A stretch of DNA of 64,000 nucleotides from an uncultured Acidobacteriota bacterium (GTDB lineage Bacteria > Acidobacteriota > Thermoanaerobaculia > Multivoradales > DATKCC01): NCBI GenBank assembly GCA_963843755.1, contig CAWJLS010000012.1, positions 101,631-165,630 on the forward strand, given 5' to 3'. The translations under genes were made by a program, and so were the position numbers. Position 1 is the stretch's first letter. Each line of letters begins with the position of its first letter. Shown piece by piece: positions 1 through 11,212 of this stretch. The notes under the pieces were generated by a model, which was not told the origin of the DNA, ran no database searches, and saw only the letters and a list, made by a program, of their open reading frames with translations.

Positions 1-1264
1 CGGCGAGCGGCACGTCGAAGCGCCGCGCCAGCTCGGCGGCCCGCCCGCTCACCCGGACCAGCTCGTCCCAGGGCAGGAGCTCCTCGCCGTAGACGAAGTG
101 GTGGCCGTTCCTCTCCCAGTCGAGCCCGGAGCTCTCGGAGTAGTTGAGCGGGCGCAGCACCATCCGGTCGACGCCCAGGTCGGCGCACAGGCGGACGAAG
201 TCCTCGAGCTCGTGGACGTTGACCCGCATGGGCATGAACACCAGGTGGACCTTGGGCAGGCCGGCCCGGCCGCCCTTGGCCGCGATCAGCCGGCGCAGGT
301 TGCCGAGGATGCGGTCGAACTTGTCGTTGCGCAGCTTGGCGTAGGTGTCGGCGGTGCCGGCGTCGAGCGAGATGTAGAGATGGATCTTCCGGCCGAGGAG
401 CTTTTCGATGTTCTTGTCGGTGAGGATCTGGCCGTTGGTGGTCATCTCGAGCGTCTTGCCCTGCTCACCGAAGGCGTCGAGCAGGTCGTCGAGGGTGTCC
501 TTCATCATGAAGGGCTCGCCGATCGAGCAGTTGACCAGGCTCACCGAGTGGTCGAAGAACGGGCCCCACTCCTCCACCGTCTGACGGGTGAACGGGGTGT
601 CGACCGCATCCCCCTCGAGGGCCTTCGAGCCGTCCCACTCGCAGTAGACGCAGGGCGGCTTGACGTTGCACACCCCGTGGAGATCGATGCCCAGAACCGG
701 CGGCGTCGAGCGCAGCTCGGTCTTGCCGGCCAGCATCTCGTCCAGGTTGAGGACCGCGTTCGACTGCTGGCGCTCGATCACCGCGTGGCGGGCGGCGTCG
801 CCGTGGAGATGGGGCCTGCGGACCCGGACGCCGAGCGCCCGGGGGTCGGCCGGATGGTGGGCGGCGGGGAGCAGCTTGGAGACCCGCAAGGTCGCGCCGG
901 TAGCGCCGGCGGGGACCGCCACAGAGACCGGTGCCCAGCCGTGGACGAGAGGAACGACGGACGCCAACTCGCCTCCCTCCGGGAGCTCGAAGGCGAGCGT
1001 CTGGGTGAGATCGAAAAAGGGAGAGAAGACCTCCAACTCCAGGAACCGGGCTTCGGCCTCGTCGCCGTCATCGCCGTCGCCTCCATCACCACCGTCACCA
1101 CCGTCCGGCGGCACGAAGTCGAGACGCCCTTCCTCCCCCATCCAGCGGAAAGCCTGGGCCTCCTCGACCTCTTCTCCGTGGAAGCCGGGCCCGAAGCGCG
1201 CAGGCTGCCCCAGCTCCCGGTAGCCCGGAAGATCCGAAACGTCGTCGTAGACCACTCGCAACAT
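1..1264 (-). CDS. Radical SAM domain protein, partial (C-terminus lies beyond the window start). A roughly 130-aa N-terminal region with an acidic DGGDGGDGGDGDDGDE repeat precedes the rSAM core.
   Basis: Minus-strand translation from the ATG at 1264 gives MLRVVYDDVSDLPGY...GIDLHGVCNVKPPCVYCEWDGSK...SIGEPFMMKDTLDDLLDAF...TTNGQILTD...YISLDAGTADTYAKLRNDKF. It has a Cys triad plus GGEP-like, TNG and SLD motifs typical of radical SAM. Codon third positions are almost all G/C in this frame. It is absent from the ORF track because it has no in-window stop. Confidence 0.6.
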   Translation of the reverse strand, partial: MLRVVYDDVSDLPGYRELGQPARFGPGFHGEEVEEAQAFRWMGEEGRLDFVPPDGGDGGDGGDGDDGDEAEARFLELEVFSPFFDLTQTLAFELPEGGELASVVPLVHGWAPVSVAVPAGATGATLRVSKLLPAAHHPADPRALGVRVRRPHLHGDAARHAVIERQQSNAVLNLDEMLAGKTELRSTPPVLGIDLHGVCNVKPPCVYCEWDGSKALEGDAVDTPFTRQTVEEWGPFFDHSVSLVNCSIGEPFMMKDTLDDLLDAFGEQGKTLEMTTNGQILTDKNIEKLLGRKIHLYISLDAGTADTYAKLRNDKFDRILGNLRRLIAAKGGRAGLPKVHLVFMPMRVNVHELEDFVRLCADLGVDRMVLRPLNYSESSGLDWERNGHHFVYGEELLPWDELVRVSGRAAELARRFDVPLA

Positions 1265-1463
1265 GGCGGCCACCTCTCCGTTCGATCCCTTCTGTTTCCA
1301 GCTCTCTCCTCGATGCCTGAAGGGGATCGATCCGCAGTCTACACGAGCGAGTTTCACCTCCCCCCGCAAGGAACCGGTCGGCCGTGGGTTCCAACCTGTG
1401 AACGGCGGCCGGACCACCCACCCGCCGGCCGAGACCAACGACCGAAACCGAAAGGAACCCACC

Positions 1464-2039
1464 ATGAAGACCGACCTCTCACGATCCTTCCGCGGCCTGC
1501 CCTTGCTGGCCGTCGCCGCCCTGCTCCTGCTGGTGCTGAGCCCGGCCAGCGTGCTGCGTGCCCAGCCCGCGGCCCCTGGCCCGGGTGGTCCTGGCGGCCC
1601 GGGCGGCTCCGGCGGCCCCGGCGCCCAGGCCGGCGGCCCCGGCTTCATGCTGCCGAGGATCGCCCGCGCCCTCGACCTCTCCGACGCCCAGGTCGAGCAG
1701 GCCCGCGCCCTGCTCGACGACCTCGCCGCGACGGTCCAGCCGCTCCGCGAGCAGGGCCGGACCCTGCACCAGGAGATCGGCGAGCTGCTCGACGCCGACT
1801 CGCCGGACGCGACCGCCATCGGCGAGAAGGTGATCGAGGGCTATGCCCTGCGCGAGCAGGAGCGCGCGGCCCACGAAGACTTCCAGACCGCTTTCGAGGC
1901 GCTGCTGACCCCGGCCCAGCAGGAGAAGTGGGACCTGCTCAAGGACGTCCGTGAGTTCCTGGGCGGCCCCGACGGCGGCCCCCCCGGCGGCCAGCGGGGT
2001 GGTCAGCGAGGAATGGGCCCCGCCGGTCAGGGCTCCTGA
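1464..2039 (+). CDS. Spy/CpxP-family periplasmic protein (LTXXQ motif protein) with a signal peptide and Gly/Pro-rich termini
   Basis: MKTDLSRSFRGLPLLAVAALLLLVLSPASVLRAQ is a signal peptide. There are two LTXXQ-like motifs, LSDAQVEQARAL and LTPAQQEKWDLL. AAAGGAA sits upstream of the ATG at 1464. The track ORF 1263..2039 is trimmed to the internal Met. Confidence 0.75.
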   Translation: MKTDLSRSFRGLPLLAVAALLLLVLSPASVLRAQPAAPGPGGPGGPGGSGGPGAQAGGPGFMLPRIARALDLSDAQVEQARALLDDLAATVQPLREQGRTLHQEIGELLDADSPDATAIGEKVIEGYALREQERAAHEDFQTAFEALLTPAQQEKWDLLKDVREFLGGPDGGPPGGQRGGQRGMGPAGQGS

Positions 2040-2092
2040 GCGGCGCCCTCCCCGCCTCTCGGCGGCAACCAGGCAGCTCCCGCCAAACAAAT

Positions 2093-2133
2093 GCCCCCTG
2101 CCGGAACTCCGCGGCAGGGGGCTTCGTCTTTGC
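2093..2133 (+). terminator. Rho-independent terminator-like hairpin after the Spy/CpxP gene
   Basis: GCCCCCTGCCG (2093-2103) and CGGCAGGGGGC (2112-2122) form an 11-bp perfect stem with an 8-nt loop. The T-rich tail ttcgtctttgc follows. Confidence 0.55.
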
Positions 2134-2327
2134 TAGGAGACGTTGAAGATCAGGAGTCGATCAGCGAGCACCCTGTCGACGGTGCCGGGTCGGGGTGCGG
2201 ACGCTGGTCATCGGGGCCTCCCCCCTTCGGACGGACACGCTAGCCGGAGATCGCGGCGTTCTGGTGACAGGGGGGTCACGATGGCGGCGCAGGCACCCGC
2301 CGGGGCATCTGTGTGGTGGGGGAGGAA

Positions 2328-2338
2328 GGGGGGGGGGA
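2328..2338. repeat. G11 homopolymer tract in the intergenic region upstream of the PHP-GT4 gene
   Basis: The sequence reads ggaggaagggggggggggacacg. It lies in a G-rich context (gtggtgggggagg) with G-quadruplex potential. Confidence 0.6.
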
Positions 2339-2531
2339 CACGCCGGACGTCCCTTGTCCGGCCGGCCTGTTCACCATGCCGTCACGGCAGCGACACCGGA
2401 TCACTTCACTCGACACGTAGCGTTCTTCCCGACGGGACCAGTCCCGTGCCCCTCGATCCCGGCCGACGCACGGAACCGCCGCCAGGGAGCGATCGGCACG
2501 GCAACGACAGACGACCCAGGGAGGAACCCCG

Positions 2532-5006
2532 ATGGCCGATCGGACCGCGAAGCCGCCCGCCGACCTTCTCGGCGCCCGCGCCGACCTCCACGTCCACTCC
2601 GCCCACTCGAACCGCCCCGACGAGTGGGTCCTTCGCTCGATCGCCGCGCCGGAGAGCTTCACCGACCCGCGCGCGCTCTACGACAGGTGCCGCGCGCGCG
2701 GCATGGACTTCGTGACCATCAGCGACCACGACACGGTGACCGGCGCCCTCGAGATCGCGCATCTGCCCGGTGTCTTCCTGTCGTCCGAGGTCACCGCCCG
2801 CTTCCCCGAGGACGGCTGCGCCGTCCACTGCCTGGTGCTCGGGGTGACCGAGGGCCAGCACCGGGAGATCCAGCGCCTGCGCGGCGACCTCTACGCCCTG
2901 CGCGACTACCTGGTCGACGAGGACGTGCTCCACTCGGTCGCCCACCCGCTGTTCCGGGTGGACGGCCAGCTCACCCTCGAGCACGTGGAGAAGCTCGTCG
3001 TGCTGTTCAAGCGCTTCGAGGTGCGCAACGGCATCCACGACCAGCGCTTGAACGGCCTGGCCGAGGCGCTGCTCGCCGGCCTGACGCCGGAGATCGTCGC
3101 CGAGCTGGCCGACCGCCACCGGCTCGACCCCCGGGACCCGGAGCCGTGGATCAAGCACACCACCGGCGGCAGCGACGACCACGGCGGCCTCTACATGGCC
3201 TCGACCTGGACCGAAACCCCGCCCGCCGCCACGGTCGACGAGCTCCTCGGTCACCTGCGCGCCGGCCGGTCGGCCGCCGGCGGCGCCACCGGCACCTCGC
3301 TCCGCCTCGCCCGGAGCCTCTGCGCCATCTCGTGGCGCTACTTCCAGGAGCGCTTCGCCGGCGGCCTGCTGGCCCGCCGCGACCCGTTCGCCCGCATGCT
3401 CGCCGCCCTCGGCCGGCCGCCCCGGCCGGTCCGCCGCCGCCTGTTCTTCCGCACCGAGCCGCCCGCCCCGAACCTCGCCGAGGACGAGGCGGCCCTCGGC
3501 GCCGCCGACCGGCTGTGCGCCCGCGCCCTCGGCCGGTTCGTCGTCCGGGCCGGCATCCAGGCCAAGCTCGGCCGCTTCGGCGCCGCCCTCGGCGCGGTCT
3601 CCGAGCTGGCTCCGCTGGCCGCCCTGGCACCGTTCGCCGTCGCCTTCGACACCCAGGCCAAGGACGAGGATCTGCTCGGCGAGGTGGCCGAGCGGTTCCG
3701 GGTCTCCCGGCCCGACGTCGGCCCGGAGCGCCTGGTGCGCAAGGCCTGGGTGAGCGACACCCTGTCCGAGGTCAACGGCGTCACCCGCACCGTCGCCCAG
3801 GTCAGCCGGGCGGCGGCCCGGGCGGACCGGTCGCTCCTGACGCTCTCGTGCGAGCCGCCGGCCGGCTGCGCCGCCGACTGGCGGGGCCCCCGCCACCTGC
3901 TCGAGAGCGTCGCGCGCTTCCCCCTGCCGGGGTACGAGAGCCTGACCCTGTCGATCCCGCGGCTGCTCGAGCTGGTCCGCGTGCTCGAGCGCCAGGGCAT
4001 CGGGGAGGTGGTGATCAGCACCCCCGGCCCGGTCGGCCTGGCGGCCCTGGTCGCGGCCCGCCTGCTCCGGCTGCGGGTCACCGGCGTCTACCACACCGAC
4101 TTCCCGCGCTATGTCCGCGACCTGACCGGCGACCCGGCGCTCGAGGCGGCCACCTGGACCGCCATGCGGTGGGTCTACGGCGCCATGGACCGAATCTACG
4201 TTCCCAGCCGCTCCTACGGCGAGCAGCTCGGCCGCCACGGGTTCGATCCGGACCGGCTGGTGCTCATGCCCCGCGGGGTCGACACCGCCCTCTTCCACCC
4301 TGGCCGCCGGGCCCCGGAGCTGCGCCGCCGCTGGGCCGGCACGCTCGCGGGTGGCACGGCCGGAGGCGCGGCGGACGGCACGCCGGTGGTGCTTTACGCC
4401 GGCCGGCTGTCGAAGGAGAAGAACCTCGACCTGCTGCTCGACGCCTTCGACCGGCTGCTCGCCTCCGGCCGCCCGGCGCGCCTGGTGCTGGTCGGCGACG
4501 GCCCCGACCGCGAGCGCCTCGCCGCCCGCGCTGACGGCTCCGGGCGCCCGGAGGTGGTGTTCACCGGCTTCCTCCACGGCACCGAGCTTGCCACCGCGTA
4601 CGCCAGCGCGGACCTCTTCGCGTTCCCGTCGGTCACCGACACGTTCGGCAACGCGGTGCTCGAGGCCCACGCCTCCGGCCTCGCCGCGGTGGTGACCGGC
4701 CGGGGCGGCCCGCGGGAGATCGTCGCGCGGCGCGGCTCCGGCGTCGTCGCCGAGCCCTCGCCGGACGCCTTCGCCGCCGCCCTCGACGATCTTCTCGGCG
4801 CGCCCGCCCGGCGGAGCGAGATGGCCCGCCGCGCCTTGGCGACCGCCCGCGAGGCCTCCTGGGACCTGCTGGTCGACCGGCTGTGGGGCGACACCCCGGA
4901 CGAGCCGGCCCGTGCCCTCGACCCCTGCCCGGTCCCGGGCGCGATCCGGCGCCCGGTGGAGAGCCCGGTGGAGGACGGGGCGGTGCTGCAGCAGGAGGTC
5001 GCGTGA
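2532..5006 (+). CDS. Fusion protein: N-terminal PHP-family phosphoesterase domain + C-terminal GT4/GT1 glycosyltransferase domain
   Basis: N-terminus: ADLHVHSAHSNRPDEW...DFVTISDHDT...VAHP is a PHP metal-binding His/Asp pattern. C-terminus: GVYHTDFPRYV...LYAGRLSKEKNLDLLLDAF...FPSVTDTFGNAVLEAHASGLAAVVT is a GT4 retaining-glycosyltransferase signature (EX7E-like region). GGGAGGAA lies 5 nt upstream of the ATG. Confidence 0.7.
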   Translation: MADRTAKPPADLLGARADLHVHSAHSNRPDEWVLRSIAAPESFTDPRALYDRCRARGMDFVTISDHDTVTGALEIAHLPGVFLSSEVTARFPEDGCAVHCLVLGVTEGQHREIQRLRGDLYALRDYLVDEDVLHSVAHPLFRVDGQLTLEHVEKLVVLFKRFEVRNGIHDQRLNGLAEALLAGLTPEIVAELADRHRLDPRDPEPWIKHTTGGSDDHGGLYMASTWTETPPAATVDELLGHLRAGRSAAGGATGTSLRLARSLCAISWRYFQERFAGGLLARRDPFARMLAALGRPPRPVRRRLFFRTEPPAPNLAEDEAALGAADRLCARALGRFVVRAGIQAKLGRFGAALGAVSELAPLAALAPFAVAFDTQAKDEDLLGEVAERFRVSRPDVGPERLVRKAWVSDTLSEVNGVTRTVAQVSRAAARADRSLLTLSCEPPAGCAADWRGPRHLLESVARFPLPGYESLTLSIPRLLELVRVLERQGIGEVVISTPGPVGLAALVAARLLRLRVTGVYHTDFPRYVRDLTGDPALEAATWTAMRWVYGAMDRIYVPSRSYGEQLGRHGFDPDRLVLMPRGVDTALFHPGRRAPELRRRWAGTLAGGTAGGAADGTPVVLYAGRLSKEKNLDLLLDAFDRLLASGRPARLVLVGDGPDRERLAARADGSGRPEVVFTGFLHGTELATAYASADLFAFPSVTDTFGNAVLEAHASGLAAVVTGRGGPREIVARRGSGVVAEPSPDAFAAALDDLLGAPARRSEMARRALATAREASWDLLVDRLWGDTPDEPARALDPCPVPGAIRRPVESPVEDGAVLQQEVA

Positions 5007-5113
5007 GAGCCGTCCGCGGCGACCGCGCCGGCCACCTGCCCGATCACCGCACCGCCCCCCTCAAGTCCTTGCGAAAGCGTCGCTTGGACACCCGCCGCCG
5101 AGGCGTTTCACCC

Positions 5114-5131
5114 CTGTCACGCCGCCGTTAC
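5114..5131 (+). promoter_or_regulatory. Candidate Pho-box-like direct repeat (CTGTCAC-gccg-CCGTTAC) upstream of the phoB-like gene
   Basis: Two 7-nt repeats with 4-nt spacing give 11-bp periodicity. This resembles the enterobacterial CTGTCAT Pho-box architecture. A second similar site is at 12697. Confidence 0.3.
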
Positions 5132-5375
5132 GCCTCCCACCTGTGGAAAATCGTCCTCGTCGGAGGACGGATCGGGAACGCGACCACATCAAGACATTCA
5201 AGTATCTGAAACCATGGAGGTTATGCCAGTGCACAACAGACTGTTCAATTCGCTCGGAGGCCCGGATTTCCAGGGCTCCGGCCGCAGCGTCCAGACGTTT
5301 TCCACAGACTTTTCCGCATCTTCTGCGGATGGAGCCGCGCCGCTGGCACGGCGAGGCCTGCTAAGCTCACCGGCG

Positions 5376-6059
5376 ATGGCACAAGGGCGCATTCTGCTCG
5401 TCGAGGACGAGCCCGACATCGCCGAGGTTCTCCGCTACAACCTCGAGAAGGAGGGGTTCGATGTCGAGGTCGAAGAGCGGGGGGACACCGCCCTGGAGCA
5501 CATCCGCCGGGACGCCCCCGACCTGCTGCTGCTCGACCTGATGCTGCCCGGGCTCGACGGCCTGGAGGTCGCCCGCATCCTCCAGCGCGACACCCACACC
5601 CGCTCGCTACCGCTGATCATGCTGACGGCCAAGGGCGAGGAGATCGACCGCATCGTCGGCCTCGAGCTCGGCGCGGACGACTACGTGACCAAGCCGTTCA
5701 GCCCGCGGGAGGTGGTGCTGCGGGTCAAGGCCGTGCTGCGCCGTACGGAGCGCTCGGTCCCCGAGGGCGAGACCCTCTCCGTCGGCCCGTTGCGGCTCGA
5801 CCCGGCCGGCCACCGGCTGGAGGTCGAGGGCGAGGAGGTGCCGCTGACCGCCACCGAGTTTCGTCTGCTCAAGCTGCTGATGGAGCGGGCCGGCCGGGTC
5901 CAGACCCGCGGGCAGCTCCTGTCCGACGTCTGGGGCTACGCCGAGGACATCGACAGCCGGACGGTCGACACCCACATCCGCCGCCTGCGACGCAAGCTGG
6001 GTCGGGGCGCCGATCACATCGAGACGGTCATCGGCGTCGGCTACCGGCTGCGCGCCTGA
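5376..6059 (+). CDS. phoB: OmpR/PhoB-family response regulator (REC + winged-helix)
   Basis: ILLVEDEPDIAEVLRYNLEKEGFDV...LLLLDLMLPGLDGLEV...LTAKGEEIDRIVGLELGADDYVTKPFSPREV...TATEFRLLKLLMERAGRVQTRGQLLSDVWGY...RTVDTHIRRLRRKL is the PhoB pattern. The start is trimmed from track ORF 5214 to the Met at 5376. Confidence 0.85.
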   Translation: MAQGRILLVEDEPDIAEVLRYNLEKEGFDVEVEERGDTALEHIRRDAPDLLLLDLMLPGLDGLEVARILQRDTHTRSLPLIMLTAKGEEIDRIVGLELGADDYVTKPFSPREVVLRVKAVLRRTERSVPEGETLSVGPLRLDPAGHRLEVEGEEVPLTATEFRLLKLLMERAGRVQTRGQLLSDVWGYAEDIDSRTVDTHIRRLRRKLGRGADHIETVIGVGYRLRA

Positions 6060-6090
6060 GGCCCGGCGCCGGCCGACCTCCCCGACGCCG

Positions 6091-8043
<1,953 letters not shown>

Positions 8044-10539
8044 GGAGCGACTGGAGGGGGAACCGGCCGAGGGCGCCCTCAGCCGCCTCGTGCTCGGTGA
8101 ACCGGGCCGTCTCGTCCGCCGGCAGCTCGCTGCCCCACACCAGCACCGGCACCGGGTCGGCCGAGTGCTGCCCCGACTCCGACAGGGTCGCATGGTCGGA
8201 GGCGACCGCCACCTGGAGCGGCCGCTCCCCCCACTGTGCCAGCAGCTCCCCGAGGCGGCGATCGACCGCCTCCAGGAACTTCACCTTGCGGTCCGCACGG
8301 CAGTCGTGGGCCGCGATGTCGGCCCCTTTGAGGTGGAGGACCACCAAGTGATGGTTGCGCAGCGCGTCCGCCGCCTCGCGGAACTTGAGCTCCAGATCGG
8401 TGTCCAGGTTGGCCGTCATGGCGGGCGCGGTCCGGGTCTCCGCGCCGAGCCACGAGGCCAGGCCGAGGACCGTGCGGTCGCCGGAGATGCAGCAGATCTG
8501 GAGCGGCACGCCCCCCGCCTCCAGGCGGAGCAGCCGGTGGATGCGGCCGGCGCCGCGGCTGAGCACGGCGTTGGCGGGCGGCAGGCCCTGCTGGCGGCGC
8601 CGCTGGTTGACCGGGTGGTGGGCCAGCACCTGCCGCGCCCGGTCCTCGAACGCGGCCAGCAGGCGCGCCGTCCTGACCGCCGCGGTCTCGGCCGGGTCGA
8701 TCGCCCGCGGCGGCAGCGGCGGCCCCGGAGGGGCGCCGTCGCCCGGATCGCTGCCGGCGATCGCCGGCGACAGGCCTTCCCCCTGGAGGACGATCGCCAG
8801 CCGGTGCTCGGTCCCCATGCGCACCCGGACGGTGAACCCCGCCCACTCGGCCTCGCCCCTGGCGCCGTCGACGCCGCCGGAGAGCGGCAGGCGGTCGAGG
8901 GCGGCGGCCAGATCCTCGGTCCCCTCCCGGATGCGCCCGGCCCGGCGGTCGACGATCCGCCCCTCCTCGTCCAGGGTGCCGAAGTTGCCGCGCAGGGCGA
9001 CGTCGCCCGGGGCCAGCTCGATGCCCGCGCCCAGCGCCTCGACCGGCCCCCGGCGCATGGCCCGCGGCGACTGGCCGAACAGCGCCAGGCTGCCGGCGGC
9101 CGTGTCCGGCACCGTCCCCGGCTCCACCGGGTCGCCCAGGCCGAGGCTCCCCTCGCGCGCCAGCCGGTCGAGCGTCGGGAGCGCCGCGGCGGCGAGCGGC
9201 GTGCGGCCGGACAGCGCCCGCACCGGCCGGTCGGGCATGCCGTCGACGAACAGCAGCAGGGTCGGGGTCGGCTCGGCGCCGGGCTCGGCCGGCAGCCTGT
9301 CGAGCTCCGGCGCCTCCTCCTCGAGCAAGGTGGTCACCAGCCGGAGCGCCCGGTCGAGGGTCGTATCCCGGTCGGTGGTCTCCAACACCTCGACCTCGTG
9401 CAGCCGGGCCTGCTCGATCATGTGCTGCTGGAGCCGGCGGATCGGCTCGAAATGCTCCAGGTAGCGGTCCGCCCCGCGCCCTTCGCGCCGGCCGCGGGCG
9501 AGGAAGCGCGCCCGGTGAAGCTCCTCGTCCTGCGTCGTGAGCAGGAGCGAGATCTGGTAGGCGGTCCCGGCCAGGTCGCCGAACGGCACCAGGGGCGGCA
9601 CCAGGTGGACCCCCTCGACCAGCACGCTCATGTTCTCCATCACCGCCCGCTCCACCACCGCGCGGACGCCGACGCAGACCCGCGTCGCCTGCTCTTCGAA
9701 CTCCTCCACCAGCCGGTCGCCGAGCTCGCCGGTGGTCGGATGGCGGCCGTCCTCCCGCCGGCGCCAGGGTCGCTCCCAGCGGGGCAGCTCGTAGCTCGAA
9801 TGGTGGAGCGCGGGCAGGATCGCCGGTGCGAACACCATGCGCATCACCTGGCGGATGGTGTCGGTGGCGTTGATCCGGTAGATGCGCAGCAGCGGCGCCA
9901 GGTCGAGGGCCAGGGTCGACTTGCCGGTCCCCGTCGCTCCGCCCAGGTAGATCACCAGCGGCCGTGGCAGCCGGCGGATGCTCCGCACCAGCCGATAGCG
10001 GGCGGCGGTCTCCGGATCTTCGAGGCGTTCGAGCAGCTCCCCGGCCCGGCGCGCGATCTCCTCGCTCTCGACCACGCCGACCCCTTCGCGCCGCAGGTCT
10101 CCTTGGAGGCGGGTGACCAGCCGGTAGGCCCGGTCCATGTCGACGCCGGCGGCGTGGATGCTCCGCGCCAGCAGGCCGCGGGAGAACGGCTGGGGCTCGC
10201 CGTGGTAGACGACCGCGATGTCGCGCCGGCGGCGCTGCCGGGGCCCGAGCCGGGCGAGGCGATCCTGGGGCAGCATCTCGGCGAGCTGCTCCTCGATCAG
10301 GTCCTCGAGCTCGGCGGTGGTGATCTCCTCGCGCTGGGCGATGCGGTCGCGCAGGGCGCGCGCCGCGGCGTAGGCCTCGTCGAACGACAGCCCGCGCAGG
10401 ATCAGGTCGTGGGTGACCATCCCGCGCAGGAACGGGTGCCGGCGCCCCGACGACGTCCGGACCCAGACCGTGGACGGTTGGCGGATCATTCCGCGGACCC
10501 CACGGAACCCGCGCGCGCCTCGCCGGGGCCGCTCAAGCC

Positions 10540-11193
10540 TCAGGCCTCTTCGTCGCCGTGGCGGATGCGGTCGTAAGGCTGAGCCACCGAGGAGGCGATG
10601 TTCGACAGGTGGGAGCCGATCCGCCGCAGAATCCGCGCGGCGTTGGCGTAGACCACCGCCATGTCGGCCGTCAGGTCGCTGTCGGCGATGTCCGCGGTGA
10701 AGCGCTGGAGCTCCTCCTTGAGCTCGGCACTCCGGGTCATGACGCGCCGCGCCTGCTCCGGGTCGTCCTTGCGGAAGGCGCGCTCGGTGACCTCGAACAG
10801 CGGCCGCAGCTCCCGGGCACCCGCCCGCAGCCGCTCGGCGAACGGCCCGCCGCGATCGCTCTTGGCGAGCGGCACCAGCTCGCCGATGCCGCGGGCGAAG
10901 TCGCCGATGCGCTCGGCGTCCTGGACCATGCTGACCAGCACCAGGCTCGCCACCAGGTCCTGCTGCGGGTTGAAGGAGAGGTGCTCCAGAACGCTCCGGC
11001 GCACCATGCGCTCGGCCTCGTCCACCGGGTCGTCGAGCTCGTCCAGGTCCGCCTGGAGCGGCCGGTTGTCGAGCAGGGCCTCCAGGGCCAGGTCGAGCAT
11101 GCGCGCCGACTGGCGCAACATCTCCGAGATGTCGTCGAACGCGGACTCGATCAGGGGAGACCGCTGCGCGCCGCTGAAGATGCCTTTGAACAT
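10540..11193 (-). CDS. PhoU-like DUF47-family phosphate-transport regulator homolog
   Basis: The 217-aa protein has the PhoU/DUF47-type helical repeat organisation. It sits directly downstream of the Na/Pi cotransporter gene, a classic transporter + DUF47 pairing. Confidence 0.7.
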   Translation of the reverse strand: MFKGIFSGAQRSPLIESAFDDISEMLRQSARMLDLALEALLDNRPLQADLDELDDPVDEAERMVRRSVLEHLSFNPQQDLVASLVLVSMVQDAERIGDFARGIGELVPLAKSDRGGPFAERLRAGARELRPLFEVTERAFRKDDPEQARRVMTRSAELKEELQRFTADIADSDLTADMAVVYANAARILRRIGSHLSNIASSVAQPYDRIRHGDEEA

Positions 11194-11212
11194 GGGGATG
11201 CCTCGCTCGGAA

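Noticed and set aside
98-1954. 618-aa plus-strand ORF (and nested 660..1223, 778..1101 ORFs) across the left end
   Set aside because: It is antisense to the radical SAM gene and Arg/Pro/Gly-rich with no domains. Codon third-position bias favours the minus-strand frame.
2195-4670. Long ORFs 2195..4534 (+) and 2406..4670 (-) overlapping the PHP-GT4 gene
   Set aside because: These are typical high-GC shadow ORFs with extreme Arg/Pro/Gly content and no motifs. The 2532..5006 frame carries the recognisable PHP and GT4 motifs.
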